64,000 bases of DNA from Candidatus Poribacteria bacterium (GCA_964291315.2 OZ219753.1:256001-320000), one strand, 5' to 3'. Positions 29,872-39,509 are shown, counted from the stretch's first letter. Numbers and translations: made by a program. Notes: a model not told the origin generated them from the letters alone.

Positions 29872-30516
29872 TTATTGAACGGTTACCGGTATCGGTAGGG
29901 CCGCCGTGAAGTCCGCATGATCGCCGTGAAGGAGCTGGAGTCTGATTTCCGTTGTACCTGCTTTCAGTCCGGTGATTTCGAACCGTGCGAAAGCCTCTTC
30001 AACATGTTCATCATGCCCGGGTTCTTCATGTTCATGTTCATCATGTTCATCATGCTCATCATGCTCATCATGCTCATGTTCCGCTTCGTCTTCAGACATG
30101 TGGATCTCAATCACAGTAGAATCATAGCCTGTTAAACTCAAGGCGAAAGCCTCTTCTTCGGCGTGATCATGGTCGTGATCATGGTCGTGTTCCTCTTCAC
30201 CAATATGGGTTTCAGTGCCGCTTGCGTTAAGAAACACTACATGCACTTCAATTTCTTCGCCAACTCCAACTGTAAGCCCTCCTGTTTCGCTACCTTGGAA
30301 CTGCCGATACACTTCAGTTTCTCCAACTTCCAAAACGAAGCCGTCTGCATCAGCATGAAAAGGAGCAGGTTCTTCTTCGCCGTGGTCGTGGTCATCAACA
30401 ATAGGGTTGTCATCTGCCCCGCAACCACCAATAAACGGGAGCGCGGCGACGAAAGCCAGTAATAGGCATTGAGAAATAGCGACAGAAAAGTCGCCTCTAG
30501 AAAAATACATAAACAT
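29872..30516 (-). CDS. His/acid-rich metal-binding lipoprotein
   Basis: Lipobox IGGC; DHDH, HDHDHDHDH and (HDE)n tracts; C-terminal LLHGDHADF. Confidence 0.85.
   Translation of the reverse strand: MFMYFSRGDFSVAISQCLLLAFVAALPFIGGCGADDNPIVDDHDHGEEEPAPFHADADGFVLEVGETEVYRQFQGSETGGLTVGVGEEIEVHVVFLNASGTETHIGEEEHDHDHDHDHAEEEAFALSLTGYDSTVIEIHMSEDEAEHEHDEHDEHDEHDEHEHEEPGHDEHVEEAFARFEITGLKAGTTEIRLQLLHGDHADFTAALPIPVTVQ
30024..30080. repeat. Short tandem repeats (9- and 6-bp units) encoding the HEHDEHDEHDEHEHE tract
   Basis: Repeated TCATCATG(C/T) and TTCATG units. Confidence 0.8.
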
Positions 30517-30730
30517 TACATTCCCCTTTTTTCTCAGAGGGCAGTTATAATCTGCTCCTCTTCACTATATAAAATTAGTAATAAACCGCTCTAACATATC
30601 AATATTAAAGATACATAGAGCTTATCCGGTCAGCGCAATACTTCAGGGCCACATAGAGTTCACGCCATCGCAGCTACCCATACGTGGAGGTATTGCAGAA
30701 TATCTAACAAATTTTGTCTTTAACTAATGG

Positions 30731-31066
30731 CTATTGGGAGTTCATCGGAGAAGGCGGGGGGGCGCGACCGCGCGTGTTCGCGGGAAGCTCCAAGGGGAGA
30801 AATAGGGTTTGATAGGGTGGAGACGTGGTGCCAAAAAGAGATGGAAGAATGAGAGCACAGGTTGTGACTTCAACGCTAACATGCTGACTGTTATATAAAC
30901 AGGCCGTACACTCCTCTTCAGAGTGTACATGTGCGGTATGCTCGTGCATCAGGGCAATGAGACTCAGCATCACGAGAAGAAAGCATAAACCTATTGCGAT
31001 GCAGATTTTTAAGTTTTGCCCAAATGTTAGCGTTAGCATTTCGCGAAAAGCATTGTTGTTTTTCAT
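30731..31066 (-). CDS. DUF2946/CruR-like leader with CxxC and a C-terminal RAPP arrest motif
   Basis: Hydrophobic helix, HEHTAHVH, CTAC, then RGRAPP near the C-terminus; first gene of a TBDT operon. Confidence 0.8.
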   Translation of the reverse strand: MKNNNAFREMLTLTFGQNLKICIAIGLCFLLVMLSLIALMHEHTAHVHSEEECTACLYNSQHVSVEVTTCALILPSLFGTTSPPYQTLFLPLELPANTRGRAPPPSPMNSQ

Positions 31067-31125
31067 AAACTAACTTAGACCTGTGCCGTTGATAGAAAAA
31101 AATAAGTGCTGATTAGCTACAAAGT

Positions 31126-31154
31126 ATTATATCACGCGATTACTCCAATGTCAA
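31126..31154 (-). promoter_or_regulatory. Consensus sigma70 promoter for the metal-uptake operon
   Basis: Minus strand TTGACA-17 nt-TATAAT. Confidence 0.75.
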
Positions 31155-31250
31155 ATGAAATAATGTGGAGGGATGGAAAGATAGACTTGCTATTATCAGC
31201 ATAATGCTTTATTATATTCACAAACATTATGCAAAGGAGCAAAAAATTAT

Positions 31251-32453
31251 ATGCTAAGTGTCGAAACTGCCCGCCAACGAATGCTAAGCACACTTCGGGT
31301 GCTACCGGCAGAAAGGCGCGGCATTTTGAATTGTGCCGGTTATGTCCTAGCAGAAGAAGTTGGGGCTGTGGAAAACATTCCGCCTTTTGACAATTCGGCC
31401 ATGGACGGTTATGCCGTGCGCGCAGCAGATGTCCGGGGTATTTCCGAACAAAAAACCGCAGTTCTTTCCGTCGTAGAAACTATCGGTGCAGGCCAAGCTC
31501 CAACAGAGTATATCAACGAAAATGAAGCTGCCCGGATCATGACCGGCGCAATGATGCCCGAGGGCGCTGACGCTGTCGTCATGCAGGAAGTAACCCAACA
31601 AGAAGGCAACACGGTCAAAATTTTTGAAGGCGTTCGTGAGGCTCAAAACGTCCGGTTCACCGGCGAGAGTGTCAAGAAAGGGGCATTGGTCATGGGCAAA
31701 GGAAAGCTCCTACGCCCCCCGGAAATCTCCATGCTTGCGTCCCTCAATTGTGCAGAAGTCTCAGTACATCGGAAACCTACTGTTGCGATCGTCTCCACAG
31801 GTGACGAACTTACACCACTCGGCGGAGCACTCAAGCCGGGAAAAATTCGAGACAGCAACCGCTATGGGCTCCATGCACAAGTTGAAGAAGCAGGGGGAAT
31901 TCCAATTGATATGGGAATCGCCCCAGATGACGCAGCGGAAACAGAGCGCATTTTTCGCACCGCACTCTCAGAAGCAGATGCTCTTATCACAAGTGGCGGT
32001 GTCTCCGTAGGAGAACACGATGTCGTCAAAAACGTTTTAGAAAAGCTAGGTGAAATTAATTTTTGGCGTGTTGCCATGAAGCCTGGAAAACCACAAGCTT
32101 ACGGCATCGCCGATGGAAAACCGATTTTTGGGTTACCCGGCAATCCAGTCTCTTCGCTTGTCGTATTTGAGCTCTTTGTACGACCAGCCCTTTTGAAAAT
32201 GGCAGGACATACAGATATACTGCGGCCAACCTTCAAAGCTGTCCTGTCAGAAAGCGTCAGTAACAAAGACGCCCGTGTTAACTATATACGAGCAATTCTC
32301 AAGCCTGCCGATGATGGATACACCGCTCAAACAACCGGACCGCAAGGATCCGGTATTTTGCTTTCACTTGTCTTAGCGAATGGTTTGATCATAATTCCAG
32401 CAGGTGTGACGTTAGAGGCAGGAGAAACAGTGGATGCCCAATTCATGTTCTAA
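31251..32453 (+). CDS. moeA: Molybdopterin molybdotransferase
   Basis: PPFDNSAMDGYA, RIMTGA, STGDEL, SGGVSVG, MKPGKP, GLPGNPVS. Confidence 0.97.
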   Translation: MLSVETARQRMLSTLRVLPAERRGILNCAGYVLAEEVGAVENIPPFDNSAMDGYAVRAADVRGISEQKTAVLSVVETIGAGQAPTEYINENEAARIMTGAMMPEGADAVVMQEVTQQEGNTVKIFEGVREAQNVRFTGESVKKGALVMGKGKLLRPPEISMLASLNCAEVSVHRKPTVAIVSTGDELTPLGGALKPGKIRDSNRYGLHAQVEEAGGIPIDMGIAPDDAAETERIFRTALSEADALITSGGVSVGEHDVVKNVLEKLGEINFWRVAMKPGKPQAYGIADGKPIFGLPGNPVSSLVVFELFVRPALLKMAGHTDILRPTFKAVLSESVSNKDARVNYIRAILKPADDGYTAQTTGPQGSGILLSLVLANGLIIIPAGVTLEAGETVDAQFMF

Positions 32454-32573
32454 ATTTAATAGTGAGGGAACCTCTGTGGTTGTCGACACGCTTGTTTATG
32501 TCTAGGGAATCGCCGCATCGAAACCTACCACGCGAATGTCCAGCTGAAATCATCAAACTAACACAGGCATTTC

Positions 32574-33422
32574 CTATGATCTAACCTTTGTCTCTGGAAT
32601 TTCGACCGGCAAATCCAGCCGGTCACCCCACTCTTTCCAGGAACCTATGTAGTTGCTCACCTTTGGATACCCCAAAAGTCGCAATGCCAAATAGGCTTGG
32701 GAAGAGCGGTATCCGCCCTGTCAGTAGCACATGACCTGTTTGTGCGGTGTAATACCGGCCGCTTCATACATCTGCCGGAGTTCATCAGCAGGTTTGAAGG
32801 CACCTGTTTCGTCAAGATTGTGTAGCCATTCGATGTGAATAGAACCGGGAATCGCTCCTGCGCGCTTTGCACGGGCGATCCTGCCGTAGTGTTCATCATC
32901 GGTTCGAGTATCTAGGCGGATAAAGTTATCCCGGCTGAGCAAAAGACGGATCGCATCGGCATCCATATGTGTATCCTGTTGAGGGTTTATTGGGAAGGGT
33001 GGTACTGCTGGAGGTTCAGTACCGGTTGTGCTGATAGGACCCCCCGCTGCGATCCAGGCCTTGAAACCACCATCCAGCAAACGGGTTTCCGGGTGTCCTA
33101 AGTACTCACAAAACCAAAAACCGCGTGAGGCCCGTGTTCCAGAGATGTCCTCATACCATATGATTTGTTTCCGCGGATCGAGTCCGCGCTGCTGAAACAG
33201 ATATGCTATCATCCACATAAAGGTGTCGAAAGTATCTTTGCTGGTATCAATGAGGCTTAAACCGAACAGATCTAAATGAAGAGCACCGGGTATATGCCCG
33301 CGCATATATTCATAAACTGGTCGTGTGTCAAGGATGCAGTGTGTTTCATCGTTTATTGTGCCCTTTAATTCATCAGCAGAGATAACCAAGTGTGGATTCT
33401 TATAACCTTTGTAGTCTTCCAT
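32574..33422 (-). CDS. Two-domain sulfurtransferase (rhodanese/SseA), probable selenoprotein with UGA (Sec) at the catalytic position
   Basis: GHIPGA and GAIPGS; after VMCY the TGA (32721-32723) is followed in frame by [32 protein letters not shown]... to TAG at 32574; RBS AAAGGAG before ATG 33422. Confidence 0.88.
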
Positions 33423-33468
33423 TTTAACTCCTTTTGCAGTCATTTAAGATGCTGTTGCTGTGTTTCGG

Positions 33469-34851
33469 TTAGCGTGGACTTCTCTTGGCACCGTTTGTAT
33501 TAACAAGTTTCCTAGTTTTCCATTTTCCTGTGCGATACCAAAGCCACATGACGACACCTTGCACAACGTTTGATAGGGCAATTCCCAACCAAACGCCATT
33601 GAGACCCATCAGATGTGATAGTAGAATCACAAGTCCTAAACCGACTCCGACTTGTGAGACGAGTGTAATTACCATCGGAGAGAGCGTATCCCCTGCACCG
33701 TTAAGTGCTCTGCCTGAAATAAGTGAAAAGGCAATAAATCCAAATGTTGGAGACAAAAACTGCAGGTAAACAGCCCCGATCTCAATAACTGTTAGGTTGG
33801 CGGTGAAGATCTGAACGAAGGTCTGTGGAAAAATAAGAAAAACTGCGCCAATTCCTGACATAAGCGCAGCCCCTAAGAGATTTGCTGTCCGTGTTGATTT
33901 TTCGGCGCGTTCTGTCTGATTCGCGCCTAAATTTTGACCAACTAATGGCGAGACTGAATTTGCGATACCGAAGCCCGGATTCATTACCAAAATTCGAAGC
34001 CGCATGCAAATTGTATATGCGGCAACAATGTTTTTCCCGTAGGGTCCGATGATCCATAAGAAACCGAGTCTTGAGAAATGCCGGCAGAATCCTTGCATAG
34101 AACTATAAACCCCCAGTCGTAAAATGTCAAGTATCTCTATCATATCTACTCGGTATTGCACCCGCCGCAGTGAAACTGGGCCCCGGTTTGTCCAGCAGAG
34201 ATAAAGCAGCACAATCACCCCGGCTCCACGTCCGATGAGGGTTGCGTACGCTGAACCGGCTACGCCCAGTTTTGGAAATCCCCACAGCCCGAAAATCAGC
34301 AACGGATCAAGTACAATGTTAATTAATGTTGAGAAAACCAACACGACCATTGGTGTGAAAGAATCGCCGCCAGATCGGAAGATGGAGCCGAGAACCATCG
34401 ACACAAACATTGTGCTGATACCGGCAAGTGTGATATGCATGTAAGTTGTCCCGAGACTTAACACCTCTGGATCAACCATTCGAACGGCGAGTAATCCTGG
34501 CTTCGCTAGTGGGTAACCGGCAAGCGTAACTGCGATAGAGAAAAAAACAGCTAGTAGGAGTGCCTGCATCGCGATGTGCTCAGCTTTATTGAGGTTACGA
34601 GCCCCGAGATGCTGCGCGACCATAATCCCCGCACCTGTTGAGACGCCGAGTGAGAATACTCCGATTAGTCGGAGCAAATTTCCACTTACGCCGACGGCAG
34701 CGATTGCCCCCGGGCCAAGTCTGCCAACGAAAATCATATCAACAATGTTAAAGGCATCTTGGAGAATGTAGCTAAATATTATCGGTACAGAGAGTCGTAG
34801 AAGGTGTTTAAAAAGACTTCCCTGAGTCAAATCTCCATGTCTTTTTCTCAT
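33469..34851 (-). CDS. MATE family efflux transporter
   Basis: DLTQGS, NIVDMIFVGRLG, NIVLDPLLIFG..GFPKLGVAG, GQNLGA. Confidence 0.95.
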   Translation of the reverse strand: MRKRHGDLTQGSLFKHLLRLSVPIIFSYILQDAFNIVDMIFVGRLGPGAIAAVGVSGNLLRLIGVFSLGVSTGAGIMVAQHLGARNLNKAEHIAMQALLLAVFFSIAVTLAGYPLAKPGLLAVRMVDPEVLSLGTTYMHITLAGISTMFVSMVLGSIFRSGGDSFTPMVVLVFSTLINIVLDPLLIFGLWGFPKLGVAGSAYATLIGRGAGVIVLLYLCWTNRGPVSLRRVQYRVDMIEILDILRLGVYSSMQGFCRHFSRLGFLWIIGPYGKNIVAAYTICMRLRILVMNPGFGIANSVSPLVGQNLGANQTERAEKSTRTANLLGAALMSGIGAVFLIFPQTFVQIFTANLTVIEIGAVYLQFLSPTFGFIAFSLISGRALNGAGDTLSPMVITLVSQVGVGLGLVILLSHLMGLNGVWLGIALSNVVQGVVMWLWYRTGKWKTRKLVNTNGAKRSPR

Positions 34852-35076
34852 ATTTTCGTGCTTTGGTTTCTACATTGAACTGCTTGGTTACTCCACCGGA
34901 CTTCTATGTCTAATAAAAATGTTCTATTATCAAGCTTATAAATTTTGTGCAGGTTTTGTTCATATTAGCAAAATTCTGTTCAGCCGTCAAGACGAAAAAC
35001 AGGTTTTAGGCATATCAAGTGTTTCTCTGAATCTGAAGGTGCCTTAAGTAAGGTGTTACTACTACAGTGTTTTTCT

Positions 35077-35106
35077 TTGACAGTGTTATTAAAAAATTGT
35101 TATAAT
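35077..35106 (+). promoter_or_regulatory. Sigma70 promoter
   Basis: TTGACA-18 nt-TATAAT with an extended TG. Confidence 0.65.
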
Positions 35107-35154
35107 TATTTTGTGTGCTTTTAAGGTGGAAACCGCCGTAACATTGAAATCTCT

Positions 35155-35435
35155 AATCCGGTTTGGGTTGATGACAAATTTGGGAAAGCATTTCAGTTTG
35201 GTGGTGAAGGCAGCGACGCATACACCATGGCGAGGGTACGGGTGCATTGAATGTGAACGAGTGTCCATTTACGGTGTGGATTCATGCCGATCATTGGGAC
35301 GGCACGCGCCAAATTGTTGGCAAATCTGTTCATGGTGGGTGTGCAGGCAGAACATCGTGCTGCCTGTTCAGTGAAGCCTGCGTTTTCAAACTCCGTTTTG
35401 AGACCGAAGGTGGCAGGGCCGACGTGACAACTGAT
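35155..35435 (+). pseudogene. Decayed fragment of a LamG-domain gene paralogous to 37482-38261
   Basis: Codon-by-codon alignment to 37656-37937 (WVD.KFGKA..FGGEGSD; HWDG.RQIVGKSVHGGC; VFKLRFETEGGRAD) with one 1-nt deletion; both ends missing. Confidence 0.9.
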
Positions 35436-35542
35436 TTTCTGGGAAACAGTGTAGGCGTACTTACCGATCTCACTCGCTTCCCCCGTGTACTCACCTGTCT
35501 CACACCTATCAGAGAAAAATCAATATCCTCACGGAGATTAGC

Positions 35543-37357
35543 ATGTTTTGGGAACAGGTAAAAAGATACTATAGTGCAGGTTCTGCCCATGAATTCCTGC
35601 TCCATTTTAACGTACAGGACCTTCTATACGACGATGTTTACGGTTACCTGCCTGCCTTCGACTACCTGATGGAGCAACTTAATGTATTAGGTTGTGATCT
35701 TGTCCTCGGATATAATACGTCACACGGAATTATTTGGCCAAATATTTGGCGATGGTTGAACACACAGCGGATGTTAAAACTCATTCCTGTGGATCAAGAG
35801 CCCCCCCCGGAGAACGAACGCCCCAGAATCAACGCCAGTTTGGCGGTCTATAAACTTCATGAAGACCCGTTTATAAATGTGAATCCTGAGCCATCAGGTG
35901 AGTTACAAGAACAGCTCAACAATCTCTTGGGGCAAGGTCGGGCAAAAGTTGGGTTAATTATCAATTTTTTGGAGCATTTAGCACCGAACGATCTTTCTTT
36001 GGGGGGCGACAGCAGCTACGATTCATACCGCTTTTTTAGTAGGATCCAAAATTGGGCCTCTGACTTAGATATCCGGAGGCGCGGGCATATCATACTCCTC
36101 CTCACTCAAAATACATTTGATATTCATCCGAGTCTTACCGTCAATCCAGAGATTCCAGTGGTAGAGATTCCATTTCCGGATTACAATCAACGGCATCATT
36201 TTATTGAACATCTGCATACCATCTCAGACGATTTATCGCAGATGCGTAAAACTCTCGGTGACGAGCACGATAGAGAAGTCTTAGCGCGTGAGACGACAGG
36301 GCTCAACCTTTTCGGCATACACGATGTTGTGCGGCAGGCAGAATCCGCAGAGGAGCAAGCCGGCGGTGAACCGCTCGTTCGCTACCGGCGTGAGAGCATC
36401 AGGACCTTCAGCCAAGGTGTCCTTGGACTTGGTGAAACGCATACAAGTGGTTCTGCGGATGGCTGGTATGTCATGCGGGCAATTAGGCACATTGCCGACG
36501 GTATGAAAGATGGAGATCTCCGCCGCGTACCACGCGGAGTCCTTTTCCTCGGACCGCCAGGCACTAGCAAGAGTTACGCTGCACAATTGCTTGCTGGTGA
36601 GGCGGGAATGATCTTTGTGCAACTCCGCTACGCTAGTCAAGTGGGCGAGGTAGTTGTCAACGTCAACGAAAACATGAACGCGTACGAGCGAAATTTGAAC
36701 GCTGCTATCAGCTTTATCCGTGGTATCTCACCTGTGGTCGTTTTTATTGATGAAATAGAGCATGCATCGCCGCATACCAGTATGTATCTAGAAGAACAGC
36801 AGCCGTTCCCACAAAGCCTTATGAATGTAATTAGTGACGAGTCTTTACACGGCAGAGTAATATGGGCAGCGGCGGCGCACCGTCCGGATCTGATGCCGCA
36901 GATATTCCGGCGGCATGGCATCTTCGACACTAAATTCGTCATGCTACCCCGGATCGCTGAGGGCAGAATCGAGGTTTTGAAGGTATTTTGTCGCAGGAAA
37001 ACTGAAAATGATATTAACTTCCGAGCCCTCGTCGGTACTCCAGATACGGACGGGTTAACCGATCGAGACCTGTTTCTGATTGTTCAGCGTGCAAATAATA
37101 TCGCTAGGCATAACCGACGCGACCGTCTTACTGAGACCGATCTCCGTCAATCTTTAGAAGACTTCATACCGACATATTCACCGGAGATGCAGCTTTTCAT
37201 GGGGTTGCTGGCATTGCGAGAAGCAAATTCCCGTATCATGATCCCGGATACACTGTTACCCGCCTACCAAGAATTTATGGATGGGAATCGCATCGACAAA
37301 ACACGGATTAATAGCCGCTTGTTGGAACTGAGCAATCAACTCAACTTAAATGTTTGA
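35543..37357 (+). CDS. AAA+ ATPase with a degenerate N-terminal domain
   Basis: FLLHFNVQD N-terminus, Walker A GPPGTSKS, Walker B VVFIDEIE, HRPDL. Confidence 0.85.
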   Translation: MFWEQVKRYYSAGSAHEFLLHFNVQDLLYDDVYGYLPAFDYLMEQLNVLGCDLVLGYNTSHGIIWPNIWRWLNTQRMLKLIPVDQEPPPENERPRINASLAVYKLHEDPFINVNPEPSGELQEQLNNLLGQGRAKVGLIINFLEHLAPNDLSLGGDSSYDSYRFFSRIQNWASDLDIRRRGHIILLLTQNTFDIHPSLTVNPEIPVVEIPFPDYNQRHHFIEHLHTISDDLSQMRKTLGDEHDREVLARETTGLNLFGIHDVVRQAESAEEQAGGEPLVRYRRESIRTFSQGVLGLGETHTSGSADGWYVMRAIRHIADGMKDGDLRRVPRGVLFLGPPGTSKSYAAQLLAGEAGMIFVQLRYASQVGEVVVNVNENMNAYERNLNAAISFIRGISPVVVFIDEIEHASPHTSMYLEEQQPFPQSLMNVISDESLHGRVIWAAAAHRPDLMPQIFRRHGIFDTKFVMLPRIAEGRIEVLKVFCRRKTENDINFRALVGTPDTDGLTDRDLFLIVQRANNIARHNRRDRLTETDLRQSLEDFIPTYSPEMQLFMGLLALREANSRIMIPDTLLPAYQEFMDGNRIDKTRINSRLLELSNQLNLNV

Positions 37358-37418
37358 TGTAGGCCAGACAAATACGAGAGTGCGAAGATAATCTTTCTAT
37401 TTTTCGCCCCGATTTTTC

Positions 37419-37448
37419 TTGACAGATATCCTTACTGTTTGTTATAAT
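37419..37448 (+). promoter_or_regulatory. Sigma70 promoter of the LamG gene
   Basis: TTGACA-18 nt-TATAAT with an extended TG. Confidence 0.65.
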
Positions 37449-37481
37449 AACGCATCTTTATCTATAAGGGGGAAATTGGTA

Positions 37482-38261
37482 ATGAAATTAGGTATTTGTT
37501 TATGTTTTGGATTCCTTTTTGGGTTGACACCTTTGACTATGTCCATCGGTCCGGAGGAATTTAAGGACGGTTTGGTATTATATCACGCTTACGACGAAGG
37601 AAAAGGTGAAAAAGCCGCAGACCTTAGCGAAAATGGACATGAAGGTGTGATTGACAACCCAACATGGGTCGATGGAAAATTTGGAAAAGCATTGGAATTT
37701 GGCGGCGAAGGGAGCGACACGTTCGTCACCGTCGAAAGCACTGCCGCACTAAATGTGGACGCATGTACGTTTATGGCATGGATTAACGCTGAACATTGGG
37801 ACGGCGTACGCCAAATCGTCGGTAAATCTGTCCACGGCGGGTGTGGCGGTCGAACTCAATACGGACTCTTTAGTGAAAACGGCGTTTTTAAACTTCGCTT
37901 TGAAACTGAAGGCGGACGCGCTGATATTACAACTGATCTGCCTGACACAGGAAAGTTCGTACATGTTGCTTTCCCCAACGATACCAAGAAGGCAAAAATT
38001 TACATAGACGGCGATGAAGTAGTCGAACAGGATACGCCCGGAAAACTCAATGTTAACGATGATCCCTGGCGCATTGCCCAAGACTGTGACCGGCCTGCTT
38101 ATGTTTTTGCGGGTATTATTGACGAAGTCCGCCTCTGGGATCGCGCTTTGAATGAAGATGAGATCAACACGTTTATGGAGCAAGGGGCGAAAGAAGCTCT
38201 CGCTGTTGAAGCTGGCGGGAAACTCCCCATTACCTGGAGCTACCTTAAACAAAGTCGTTAA
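37482..38261 (+). CDS. Secreted LamG/concanavalin-like jellyroll protein
   Basis: LVLYHAYDEGKG, WVDGKFGKALEF, FAGIIDEVRLWDRAL; C-terminal AVEAGGKLPITWSYLK. Confidence 0.9.
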   Translation: MKLGICLCFGFLFGLTPLTMSIGPEEFKDGLVLYHAYDEGKGEKAADLSENGHEGVIDNPTWVDGKFGKALEFGGEGSDTFVTVESTAALNVDACTFMAWINAEHWDGVRQIVGKSVHGGCGGRTQYGLFSENGVFKLRFETEGGRADITTDLPDTGKFVHVAFPNDTKKAKIYIDGDEVVEQDTPGKLNVNDDPWRIAQDCDRPAYVFAGIIDEVRLWDRALNEDEINTFMEQGAKEALAVEAGGKLPITWSYLKQSR

Positions 38262-38447
38262 AATGGACTTAAAACCTAAATCTGTAAGGTAATTTATTTT
38301 GCTGGGCGAGGCTAAAAAGTCTCGCCTCTATTCAAATGGCGAGATCTTTGCGAACGCCCTGGTTCCATTTTTTGGCGGCGGTTCTCCTCACCTCTATTTA
38401 TTTTTCCCTTGGTGCGTGTTGTAAAACTGCTTTGCCAATTAAAAGAG

Positions 38448-39221
38448 ATGTTTGAAACTTCAACAACAATTTCATGTAGAAACTGCGATACGCAGATTGT
38501 AGTAGATGCGTTTGTTAAAAACTTCAAGGTGTGCCCATATTGTGATTACCATCATTATATGAATGCACATGAACGGCTCAACCTCATCGTAGATGCAGCC
38601 AGTTTTGAGGAATACGATGCGAACCTCTACTCCATTGATTCATTGGAATTCCCGGGGTATCCGCAAAAGCTGGAGAGAGATACTGCGAAAACGGGACTCA
38701 GATCCGAGATGCTCTCTGGTATAGCAAAGATTGGGGGCCATCCGACCGCTATCGCGATCGGTGATGTTGGTTTTATTGGTGGAACATGCGGTTCGGTGAT
38801 TGGTGAAAAAGTCACCCGATGCATTGAGCGGGCTCTTGAACGGGATCTGCCGTTAGTGATCGTCTCTGTCAGTGGCGGAATGCGTATGCAGGAAGGCACA
38901 CTCGCCTTAATGCAGATGGCGAAAACCGCTGCGGCCTGTGTTGAATACACAAAAGCAGGTGTTTTTTATATCTCCGTTGTTACAGATCCGACTTTTGGCG
39001 GTGCTACTGCTAGCTACACCTCACTCGGGGATGTGATTATTGCGGAGCCTAGGGCACGTATTGGATTTGCAGGCCCGTTGGCCGTTTCGAGTCTTCGTGA
39101 GGAACTTCCTGAAAACTTCCAAAAAGCAGAATCATTACTCGAACATGGGTTCATTGACTCCATCGTCCCCCGTTCAGACATGCGCCAGAAGCTTACCGAT
39201 TTGATTGCTTTTGTGTCGTAA
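38448..39221 (+). CDS. accD: Acetyl-CoA carboxylase carboxyltransferase beta subunit
   Basis: Zn finger CxxC...CxxC, FIGGTCGSVIGEK, SGGMRMQEG, DPTFGG, IGFAGP, FQKAESLLEHG. Confidence 0.92.
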   Translation: MFETSTTISCRNCDTQIVVDAFVKNFKVCPYCDYHHYMNAHERLNLIVDAASFEEYDANLYSIDSLEFPGYPQKLERDTAKTGLRSEMLSGIAKIGGHPTAIAIGDVGFIGGTCGSVIGEKVTRCIERALERDLPLVIVSVSGGMRMQEGTLALMQMAKTAAACVEYTKAGVFYISVVTDPTFGGATASYTSLGDVIIAEPRARIGFAGPLAVSSLREELPENFQKAESLLEHGFIDSIVPRSDMRQKLTDLIAFVS

Positions 39222-39509
39222 TGTGGCGAATCACTCCGTCTTTTTTTTGTAACCGGAAATGAAGTTTGTGCTTTATACTTTTGTACCGTGCGCTGGTTGA
39301 TTAATGGAACATGAAACTATTATCAACCTTGAACGTTAACAGAAGTGCGTAGCTATGAAATAATTACGTATTGTTAGTAGTGTCTTTGCCGACATATTGT
39401 TTTTGGATATTTCGTCGTTGACAGAAAATCTCCGAACTTGTATCTGAAGACTGATGCCTACTAGATCAGGGGATCTGTCGTTTCAAAGGCGGGAACATAG
39501 GAATAATAC

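Noticed and set aside
30024-30190. Short tandem repeats as a possible CRISPR array
   Set aside because: No spacers; they are in-frame His/Asp/Glu codon repeats
32657-32899. 80-aa ORF as the frameshifted C-terminus of the rhodanese
   Set aside because: The true C-terminus is in the same frame after the UGA; no frameshift is needed
35111-35605. ORFs 35111-35374, 35247-35561 and 35330-35605 as genes
   Set aside because: They are frames crossing the LamG remnant
35155-37937. Diversity-generating retroelement (template repeat/variable repeat pair)
   Set aside because: Mismatches are not adenine-specific and are mostly synonymous third positions; no reverse transcriptase in the window
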